A DNA stretch of 64,000 nt from Mizuhopecten yessoensis (Eukaryota), in the NCBI RefSeq assembly GCF_002113885.1, contig NW_018408770.1:308281-372280 (forward strand), in the 5' to 3' direction. The notes under the pieces are model-generated. The model was not told the DNA's origin, searched no databases, and worked only from the letters and a program-made list of their open reading frames with translations. Position numbers and translations under genes: made by a program. Position 1 is the stretch's first letter; every line of letters starts with the position of its first letter. Positions 54,301 to 64,000 of this stretch are shown here, piece by piece.

Positions 54301-57300
54301 GTTATACTTAGGGTTTAGCAGGAAGAGGGGCCCACTGGGTTAGTTGAATTTGTATGCCACTTGGCTCAACCAGCCCCATATCAGAATTGTAGCTGACGAG
54401 GTCCAGAAGATATTATTTTAATAATGAATGTACATGACGCGTCAGTTTCGTTTAATACTGTATGTTTTTACAAGGCCTGGCTGTCACTGTTACATTATTA
54501 TTTATATGTGTATAAAGGGCCTGGCTGTCACTGTTACATTATTATTTATATGTGTATAAAGGGCCTGGCTGACCCCCTGAACTCTGCCTTCCACTTGACC
54601 TACAACATGGTGCTGAACCTGCTGCGAGTGGAGGAGATCAATCCGGAGTACATGCTGGAGCGATCCTTCTATCAATTCCAGAACTACGCAGCTATTCCCG
54701 ATCTATGTGAAAGTAAGTATAGATCTAGCAACCACCTCTTGTAAATATTTGGTCCCTTAAGAGTTGCCATATTGAATATAATCCTGAAGTGTATTTCTGT
54801 GGTACTACTATGCACACTTGCCAATTCTTCCTATTTTGTAAGGAGACTTCTGACTTTATTTTGGAAATCAGCAGAATTACCTTCATCTTTATTTTTGCTC
54901 AAGTTCTATTATTTCTTAGGGGAAAACGTATAGCTTAAGCAATGACAATGTACTTTAATATTCTGTCAAATCGTCACTACAATTTCTGTCTAGACTTTGT
55001 TTTTAGTATGGGGTACTATATTGAGACAAATCGTTTATTTTGTCAGAATTAAAGAAGTTGGAGGAGGACTATGCTAACGTAGAGGTTCCAAATGAGGACC
55101 AGGTCGGACCCTACTTTAAAATAAGACAACAGTTGGACAACCTCGGCAAGGAGCTTCTACTGTATATACAGAAACCACAGTACTTACTGCCCTTCTTACA
55201 ACCAGGCAGGGTTATCAAGGTAAATCTTCAACCTGGCAGGGTTATCCAGGTAAATCTTACAACCTGGCAGGGTTATCCAGGTTAATCTTACAACCAGGCA
55301 GGGTTATCAAAGTAAATCCTACAACCTGGCAGGGTTATCAAGGTAAATCTTACAACCAGGTATGGTTATCAATGTAAATCTTACAACCAGGCAGTGTTAT
55401 CAAGGTAAATCTTACAACCAGGTATGGTTATCAAGGTAAATCTTACAACCAGGCATGGTTATCAAGGTAAATCTTACAACCAGGCATGGTTATCAAGGTA
55501 AATCTTACAACCAGGCAGGGTTATCAAGGTAAATCTTACAACCTGGCAAGGCTATCAAGGTAAATCTTACAACCTGGCAAGGTTATCAAGGTAAATCTTA
55601 CAACCTGGAAGGGTTATCAAGGTAAATCTTACAACATTGGAGGTTTATCAAAGTAAATCTTTAATCAGGCAGGGTTATCAAACAACCAGGCAGGGTAATC
55701 AAGGTAAACCTTTCAACCAGGTATGGTTATCAAGGTAAATCTTACAACCAGGCAGGTTTATCCAGGTATATCTTACAACCTGGCAAGTTTATCAAGGTAA
55801 ATCTTACAACCAGGCAGGGTTATCAAGGTAAATCTTACAACCTGGCAGGGTTATCAAGGTAAATCTTACAACCAGGCAGGTTTATCAAGGTAAATCTTAC
55901 AACCAGGCAAGGCTATCAAGGTAAATCTTACAACCTGGCAAGGCTATCAAGGTAAATCTTACAACCTGGAAGGGTTATCAAGGTAAATCTTACAACATTG
56001 GAGGTTTATCAAAGTAAATCTTTAACCAGGCAGGGTTATCAAACAACCAGGCAGGGTAATCAAGGTAAACCTTTCAACCAGGTATGGTTATCAAGGTAAA
56101 TCTTACAACCAGGCAGGTTTATCCAGGTATATCTTACAACCAGGCAGGGTTATCAAGGTAAATCTTACAACCTGACAGGGTTATCAAGGTAAATCTTACA
56201 ACCAGGCAGGTTTATCAAGGTATATCTTACAACCTGGCAAGTTTATCCAGGTATATCTTACAACCTGGCAAGTTTATCCAGGTAATTCTTACAACCTGGC
56301 AGGGTTATCAAGGTAAAAGCTACAGCCTGGCAGGGTTATCAAGGTAAATTGTACAACCTAGCAGGGTTATCAAGGTAAATCTTACAACATTGGTGGTTTA
56401 TCAAAGTAAATCTTTAACCAGGCAGCGTTATCAAACAACCAGGCAGGGTTATCAAGGTAAATCTTTCAACCAGGTATGGTTATCAAGGTAAATCTTACAA
56501 CCAGGCAGGTTTATCCAGGTATATCTTACAAACTGGCAGGGTTATCCAGGTAAATCATACAACCAGGCAGGTTTATCCAGTTAAATCTTACAACCAGGCA
56601 GGGTTATCCAGTTAAATCTTACAACCAGGCAGGTTTATCCAGTTAAATCTTACAACCAGGCAGGTTTATCCAGGTAAATCTAACAACCAGGCAGGTTTAT
56701 CCAGGTAAATCTTACAACCAGGCAGGTTTATCAAGGTAAATCTTACAACCAGACAGGTTTATCCAGTTAAATCTTACAACCAGGCAGGTTTATCAAGGTA
56801 AATCTTACAACCAGGCAGGTTTATCAAGGTAAATCTAACAACCAGACAAGTTTATTGAGGTAAATCTTACAACCAGGCAGGTTTATTCAGGTAAATCTTA
56901 CAACCAGGCAGGTTTATCAAGGTAAATCTAACAACCAGGCAGGTTTATCCAGGTAAATCTTACAACCAGGTAGGGTTATCAAGGCAAATCTTACAACCAG
57001 GTAGGGTTATCAAGGCAAATCTTACAGCCAGGTAGGGTTATCAAGACAACTCAATATCTGGTACCTTCTGTCTTTCTCATGACATTGTTTCATAATTATT
57101 ATATACATGTTTAAATTAGTAAATTGTTCATCGTTAACTACCTGTATGCGATTCAAATGAATACTTTTCAAAACATACACAACAAAACTAGCAGATAAGT
57201 GAAATGTTGACCAGATGACAGAATCATTCTGCATCACTGATTCTGTGTATTTTTAAATGATATAACTCAGATAATTTTTGAGGTTTTTCCCGAAATACAT

Positions 57301-60300
57301 CTTCATGTTGTAAAAAACCCAATTTGTAAGAAAGGCAAAGGCAAACTTATATACAAAACACATCTATAAAATCTCTGTCCTGTTTTACAGCAATTTTACC
57401 CCTACTCTAGAATTAACCTGTATATTTTTAAGGTGAAAAATGGAGAGCATGACTTTGGCTGGGGAGTACTTGTCAACCTACAGAAAAAGTCAAACCAGAA
57501 GAAGGTAAGATATATTCCATATTCCATCCATATTTATATCTATGGACTGTCAACCAAAAATGTAAGGGGAGACAACCATGTATTGTATTTGTAATATTTA
57601 ATGGCAGATGCCCTCAGTAACATGCTTTTAAAAGGGAGGACAGTTCAAAGAATACTATTATAAAATACAGTTAAACAATAAAAAAAACCTGCATCACTTC
57701 TGATACGCAATATAGTGCAGAATTTATATTCCTCTATCATTAGTCTAAGGATATGGATTGTGTATGTTGGAAAAAAAAGACATTAAATAAAAAATAAAGT
57801 TAGTATATATTTGCTAGGTATTTTATCCTTATATTTTCCTTTATCTGACAAAACTTGTACATTTAATTGATGACAGGTAAATTGTTCTGTTCCTACTTAC
57901 CGACTAGATATCATTGGTTAACAAATACCAATCCCACTCAAAAGATCCATTTTCATTTCCTTTCCACTTAGAGTATGTGGACAACTGAGACCTGAGTCCG
58001 CATTTCAATACTAGACTGTATGCTATGTATGATCAAACATTGTGTTTATAGTCAGTAGAGGTGGCAGACGCAGTGTATGTGGCCGAGGTCTTACTGAACC
58101 TGACCAAGGATAGTGCCCGCTCACGTAATATAGCCTCTATAAAACCGTGTTCCTCAGGCACGCGCGGTGAAATGCAGGTATGAACAATATGTTACAAATT
58201 CATATTTTTTTTGAAATTCACAGCTTTTTATTCTTATCTTCAATGACTAGAAAGAAATAATTACAATACTAAAGGAATGGCATTAGCACCAATATTTCAT
58301 CATAAAAATGTGATTTTAATCTTGTCTTTTAACAGGACACACTGAATAAATCGAGTTCTATGGAAACCAGATCTATACTTCAGTAATTGTTGATATATGT
58401 GTGAACCGTAAATCCAGCTATTGTGTGGGTGGGGTAGGGTGAGGGTTATGATACTGGGTTTTTCAGTTAAGATGGTTTTTACAGTATATTGCTATGGTAT
58501 CGAACAAATCGGACATAACGCCCACCAAAAAATGGTCAGATAGGTCAGAGAATCTTTAGTTAGTGAGTGTTTACTCTTTGATTTCAGTCCATGTTTTATG
58601 TGGTTTTATGGTTTGTTTTGTTGAGGTTGTTCCCGTGGTAACCAGTCTGATCCAGGCAGTCAGTGCTGTGAGACTGTACATCCCCCAGGACCTTCGTCCA
58701 CCTGACAACAGACAGAGTGTGTCAAAGTCTCTCCAGGAAGTGGAGAAGAGGTTCCCCGATGGTGTGCCACTTCTCGACCCCGTAGAGGACATGGGCATCA
58801 GGGAGAAAGGTCTCAAGGAGATTGTCAAGGTCAGTTGCTGGATAAATTCCCTTTATGTGGCCATGAGACAGTTTATCTTATCTAGTATTGGTATTCCTAA
58901 AATAGATCACGTCAGAATCTTTTACTCTAAAAGATCCTTATGCTAATTTTGTAATGGCAAATAGCTGACAGTAAAATGTGTAAAGGAAAACTGTTATTGG
59001 CATAGAGTAAAATGTGTTTTATAATTAAATGATATAGATATTTTATGCAATATACTTTATTCATCATCAGAAAATTGAGGCATTTGAGCACAGAATGTAC
59101 TCCCACCCACTACACAAAGACCCCAATCTGGAGGAATACTACAAGGATTACGAAAAGAAAGCTAAGGTAGGTTTGTTACGCAGACCCCACCTAGAGTTGT
59201 TCTACCATAGTACCAGTGGTAGATTGGGGTAGAATACTACAAATATCCCCACCTAGAGTGGTTCTACCATAGTACCAGTGGTATATTGGGGTAGAATACT
59301 ACAAACATCCCCACCTAGAGTGGGTCTACCATAGTACCAGTGGTATATTGGGGTAGAATACTAAAAACATCCCCACCTAGAGTGGTTCTCCCATAGTTCC
59401 AGTGGTAGATTGGGGTGGAATTCTACAAACATCCCTACCTAGTGGTTCTACCATAGTACCAATAGTACCAGTGGTAGATTGGGTTAGAATACTACAAACA
59501 TCACTATCTAGTGTGGTTCTACCATAGTACCAGAGTAAGATTGGGGTAGAATACTACAAATATCCCCACCTAGAGTGGTTCTACCATAGTACCAGTTGTA
59601 GATTGGGGTAGAATACTACGAACATCCCCACCTTGAGTGGTTCTACCATAGTACCAATAGTACCAGTGGTAGATTGGGGATACTACAAATATCCCCACCT
59701 AGGGTGGTTCTACCATAGTACCAGAGTAAGATTGGGGTAGAATACTACAAATATCCCCCCCTAGAGTGGTTCTTCCATAGTACCAGTGGTAGATTGGGGC
59801 AGAATACTACAAACATCCCTACCCAGAGTGGTTCTACCATAGTACTAGTGGTATATTGGGGTAGAATACTACAACCATCCCTACCCAGAGCGGTTCTACC
59901 ATAGTACCAGTGTAAGATTGGGGTAGAATACTACAAACAGCCCTACCTAGAGTTGTTCTACCAAAGTACCAGTGGTAGATTGGGGGAGAATACTACAAAT
60001 ATCCCCACCTAGAGTGGTTCTACCATAGTACCAGTGGTAGATTGGGTTAGAATACTACAAACATCCCTATCTAGTGTGGTTCTACCATAGTACCAGTGGT
60101 AGATTGGGGTGGAATACTACAAACATCCCTACCTAGAGTGGTTCTACCATAGTACCAGTGGTAGATTGGGGTAGAATACTACAAACATCCCTACCTAGAG
60201 TGGTTCTACCATAGTACCAGTGGTAGATTGGGGTAGAATACTACAAACATCCCTACCTAGAGTGGTTCTACCATAGTACCAGTGGTAGATTGGGGTAGAA

Positions 60301-63300
60301 TACTACAAACATCCCTACCTAGAGTGGTTCTACCATAGTACCAGTGGTAGATTGGGGTAGAATACTACAAACATCCCTACCTAGAGTGGTTCTACCATAG
60401 TACCAGTGGTAGATTGGGGTAGAATACTACAAACATCCCTACCTAGAGTGGTTCTACCATAGTACCAGTGGTAGATTGGGGTAGAATACTACAAACATCC
60501 CTACCTAGAGTGGTTCTACCATAGTACCAGTGGTAGATTGGGGTAGAATACTACAAACATCCCTACCTAGAGTGGTTCTACCATAGTACCAGTGGTAGAT
60601 TGGGGTAGAATACTACAAACATCCCTACCTAGAGTGGTTCTACCATAGTACCAGTGGTAGATTGGGGTAGAATACTACAAACATCCCTACCTAGAGTGGT
60701 TCTACCATAGTACCAGTGGTAGATTGGGGTAGAATACTACAAACATCCCTACCTAGAGTGGTTCTACCATAGTACCAGTGGTAGATTGGGGTAGAATACT
60801 ACAAACATCCCTACCTAGAGTGGTTCTACCATAGTACCAGTGGTAGATTGGGGTAGAATACTACAAACATCCCTACCTAGAGTGGTTCTACCATAGTACC
60901 AGTGGTAGATTGGGGTGGAATACTACAAACATCCCTACCTAGAGTGGTTCTACCATAGTACCAGTTGTAGATTGGGGTGGAATACTACAAACATCCCTAT
61001 CTAGTGTGGTTCTACCATAGTACCAGTGGTAGATTGGGGTAGAATACTACAAACATCCCCACCTAGAGTGGTTCTCCCATAGTACCAGTGGTAGATTGGG
61101 GTGGAATACTACAAACTACCCCACCTAGAGTGGTTCTACCATAGTACCAGTGGTAGATTGGGGTGGAATACTACAAATATCCCTACCTACAGTGGTTCTA
61201 CCATAGTACCAGTGGTATATTGGGATAGAATACTACAAACATCCCTACCTAGAGTGGTTCTACCATTGTCCCAGTGGTAGATTGGGGTGGAATACTACGA
61301 ACATCCCTACCTAGAGTGGTTCTACAATAGTCCCAGTGGTAGATTGGGGTGGAATACTACAAGCATCCCTACCTAGAGTGGTTCTACCAAAGTACCAGTG
61401 GTAGATTGGGGTGGAATACTTCAAACATCCCCGCCTTGAGTGGTTCTACCATAGTACCAGTGGTATATTGGGATAGAATACTACAAACATCCCTACCTAG
61501 AGTGGTTCTACCATAGTACCAGTGGTAGATTGGGGTGGAATACTTCAAACATCCCCACCTTGAGTGGTTCTACCATAGTACCAGTGGTAGATTGGGGTGG
61601 AATACTTCAAACATCCCCACCTTGAGCGGTTCTACCATAGTACCAGTGGGAGATTGGGGTAAAATACTACAAACATCCCTACCTAGAGTGGTTCTACAAT
61701 AGTACCAGTGGTAGATTGGGGTGGAATACTTCAAACATCCCTACCTAGAGTGGTTCTACCATAGTACCAGTGGTATATTGGGATAGAATACTACAAACAT
61801 CCCCACCTAGAGTGGTTCTACCATTTTACCAGTGGTAGATTGGGGTAGAATACTACAAACATCCCTACCCAGAGTGGTTCTACCATAGTACCAGTGGTAG
61901 ATTGGGGTAAAATACTACAAACATCCCTACCTAGAGTGGTTCTACCATAGTACCAGTGGGAGATTGGGGTAGAATACTACAAATATCCCCACCTAGAGTG
62001 GTTCTACCATTTTACCAGTGGTAGATTGGGGTAGAATACTACAAACATCCCCACCTAGAGAAGTACTTCCACAAGTATAAACGAAGTGTATCGTACTATT
62101 CTGAGTATTAGGGGAAGTTCAATGAATGCTGTTATACAAAAGTACCACCTAGAGTACTACCCTGAGTATGAGAGGGCAAAGGTAGGTTGTTAGAAAGGGA
62201 CATCAATCTCATTGTCCATACTTTAATTACCTGTATGATCAGGAAGTTTTGGGATTCAAACTTTGGGTCATATCATTCAGAGAACAGAACAACATTGGCC
62301 CTGTTGTTCAAGTCTTTTTCTCAAGAACTATAAATGTTAAACATCATCATACTTGATTTATAGCAAGAGGAGGTAGATTCAAGGTTGTCCAAATCTAATG
62401 GGAAGGGTCATGCATTGTTGAACAAAGAGTCATTTGGGACACTTACAGCATAGCCGAATCAACATCGAGTTGTGGACAACTCATACATATTCCACACCTT
62501 TGTGTACATACGCTTCACTGGTCATTTGTCTGATGAAGGTGATGGAGTACATATCGTACTAGTCACTGAAACGTCGCATAGAAACACTTATTGGTTGTGT
62601 TACAAGAATCTTTTCATAAGTCATACATTGAATAGGACCATGGAAGGTGTCCGATTTCAACATAGCTTATGTCCTGGAATTCTTTCCTCTTTAGTGCAAG
62701 ATCATAAATACTTCATTTAGTCAAATCTTACCTGTGTACACAAAATACATGAAAATCTCTGAAACTTAAAAAAGTGATTTAACATTGTTTGATGAAAGCT
62801 TACTGTGTCGACAGGTAGGGAATGATGTGAAGGCCGTTAAGTTGGAGCTAAAGAAGAAGAAGTCGTTACTGCAGATGGATGAATTAAAGTGCCGCAAGCG
62901 GGTCTTACGGCGCCTTGGTTACTGTACTGCCTCTGATGTCATAGAACTAAAGGGCAGGGTGGCTTGTGAGATCAGCAGGTAAGATTCTACTATTCTTTCT
63001 TATTTTTGAAATTTATCATTTAAATATTGTTTTCAATCTCAGATATTTTCTTTGATCAAGTCATTCTTGTTTTAATGTTGTATGATTAGAAAATGATATG
63101 AAGGTTTTATGTTACCGTGCCCATTTATGAAAGAAATAGAATATGATGAAATGGGTAGAATTTTTCAAAGATTTAAAAACGAAATTTCAAATTTCACAAG
63201 AAGATAATGAATACAAATTACTTTATTGAAATGTTGTTGGCATCTAATATAAATTTGACATTAGATATAGAACTAGTTTGAGGACTTGTGAGGGATGTTT

Positions 63301-63491
63301 TTCTTACATGTATGTGTACCTGTTATAGTGGGGATGAGCTCCTGCTTACCGAACTTCTCTTTAACGGTGTGTTCAATGATCTGACAACCCAACAGACCTG
63401 TGCTCTCATGAGCTGTTTTGTCTTTGAGGAAAAATCCAATGAGATGCCCAAACTGACGGAGGCCTTATCTGGGCCGCTCAGAATCATGCAG
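42308..63491 (+). CDS. MTREX: Exosome RNA helicase MTR4 (SKIV2L2), exons 1-22 (partial, continues past right edge)
   Basis: Exons 42308-42435, 45775-45882, 47334-47400, 47724-47899, 48476-48650, 49264-49354, 49810-49934, 51116-51214, 51481-51583, 52324-52458, 52828-52907, 53158-53268, 53774-53875, 54135-54260, 54562-54712, 55047-55219, 57433-57504, 58052-58177, 58626-58829, 59071-59166, 62815-62978, 63329-63491. Motifs [57 protein letters not shown], arch/KOW DFGWG and [11 protein letters not shown]. Confidence 0.97.
44040..44230 (-). mobile_element. tRNA-related repeat (host of the SINE insertion)
   Basis: Minus strand AGCTCAATTGGTAGA..GGATTGAATCCC..TGCATTTTTCTCTTCTCCAGTTATA, related to the 29312 and 44830 copies. 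Confidence 0.5.
44241..44755 (+). mobile_element. tRNA-derived SINE (mollusc Meta-domain-like) with (AAAC)n tail and 10-bp TSD
   Basis: TSD AAGTCCAGTT at 44231-44240 and 44756-44765. Degenerate tRNA head at ~44355-44415, and tail GCTGTTAATAGGACTTAAACAAAATCAAACAAACAAACAAAC. Confidence 0.8.
46294..47158. mobile_element. Non-autonomous DNA transposon (MULE/foldback-like) with 9-10-bp TSD
   Basis: Left end GTTTCGGTAACAAGTCGTTT and right end AAACGACTTGTTACCGAAAC, with repeated subterminal GTCGTTT/AAACGAC motifs. TGTCTTACA at 46285-46293 and 47159-47167. Confidence 0.85.
50123..50925 (+). mobile_element. Helentron-associated element (HINE/pearl-like)
   Basis: Starts in a T-run with AGCTCGC..GAGCTATTG..CGTCGT, has a satellite-like core (TTTCGACTTCTCC..AAACTTGGTACA..GGCCTCTGATTGGCCGAGAC), and ends with the hairpin AGGCCCTTTGGCCTCTTGTT. 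Confidence 0.65.
51865..52130 (-). mobile_element. L2/CR1-like LINE 3' tail fragment
   Basis: Minus strand TGTAAAGCCCTTTAGAG..GGGCGCTATATAAATG stem-loop tail typical of L2 3' ends. Confidence 0.5.
54472..54571 (+). repeat. 44-bp tandem repeat spanning the MTREX exon 15 acceptor
   Basis: AAG|(G)GCCTGGCTG occurs at 54474, 54517 and 54561, with identical TCACTGTTACATTATTATTTATATGTGTATAAAG between. Confidence 0.9.
55193..57045 (+). repeat. 31-bp minisatellite (about 60 copies) made of MTREX exon 16 end plus donor
   Basis: Unit CAACCAGGCAGGGTTATCAAG|GTAAATCTTA. The first copy is coding (QPGRVIK) with the true donor at 55219/55220. Confidence 0.95.
59180..62062 (+). repeat. 62-bp hairpin-rich minisatellite (about 46 copies) in MTREX intron 20
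   Basis: Unit AAACATCCCTACCTAGAGTGGTTCTACCATAGTACCAGTGGTAGATTGGGGTAGAATACTAC. Copies are identical across ~60120-60900. Confidence 0.97.
62525..62580 (+). ncRNA. Minimal type I hammerhead ribozyme motif of a Penelope-like element relic
   Basis: CTGATGA at 62530-62536, stem II GGTGAT/GTCACT with an inner AGTAC/GTACT helix, GAAAC at 62568-62572, GTC at 62573-62575, and short stem I TGT/GCA. An upstream decayed frame [11 protein letters not shown] resembles a GIY-YIG C-terminus. Confidence 0.6.
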
Positions 63492-64000
63492 GTAATAATA
63501 AGTTTTGTAAGAAATATCGGACAATACTGAAGTTTTTTCTGAGATAGAGGTTTATTTAATAGAAAATTGAACTATTGTGCCAATTTGACAAGCAAAATAT
63601 AGGAGTAGAAGCTCTTTTTTCAGGACACACAAATTACATAGGTATGCAAAATATACAAATGACTGATGCACAAATTACATGGGGTTTTACGGTACATATT
63701 TAGAAAAAAAAATGATCAAGTTAATTTTCAAAAAATAGAGTTAGGGATGATGTTCTAATAAGTTGTGGAAATTACTACCGACTGGATTGCTCAAATCAGG
63801 CCTTAATTTCACCAATGTTTCTTAATTAATTTCCTAACTGAATATTTTTTTTTTAAAAGCATCACTGAAGTTAAAGGAAAATTCCTTCCCTTAAGATTGT
63901 TTCTTATCTTCGATAATGCTATACATAAGTCAAGAAACATTTGTGACACTGGGGATCCTGATAGTCTTTCCAACTCCACTCTAAGCATAACTGGTATACT

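Noticed and set aside
9670-62062. CRISPR-like interpretation of the regular arrays
   Set aside because: There are no unique spacers and no cas genes, and the context is eukaryotic and spliceosomal.
4893-62062. Repeat periods (20, 31, 62, 62, 84) tracking DNA helical pitch
   Set aside because: Other periods (23, 28, 36, 44) do not fit, and the sample is too small.

Overview
AT-rich, intron-rich eukaryotic (animal) genomic DNA. The repeat repertoire suggests a bivalve mollusc, but that is inference. Five protein-coding genes were reconstructed by hand from splice sites and recalled homology: EIF2B2 (minus strand, exons 1-4, runs off the left edge) head-to-head with SETD9 (5 exons); a Tctex-1 domain dynein light chain gene with one coding exon at 30.05-30.67 kb; and TXNDC12/ERp18 (minus strand, 7 exons) head-to-head with MTREX/SKIV2L2/MTR4 (22 exons seen, runs off the right edge). 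Most long ORFs in the supplied track are translations of minisatellites. The most unusual pattern is that tandem arrays are repeatedly built from the splice junction itself. SETD9 intron 2 has about 28 copies of its acceptor, MTREX intron 14 a triplicated acceptor, MTREX intron 16 about 60 copies of exon end plus donor, and MTREX intron 20 a 62-bp hairpin satellite made of exon-end pieces. Also present: a Penelope-type minimal hammerhead ribozyme on the sense strand of an MTREX intron, a 44-bp TIR-only mini-transposon with a 9-bp TSD, several MITEs, SINEs and Helentron-associated fragments, and possible exon relics of an unidentified gene at 7-20 kb.
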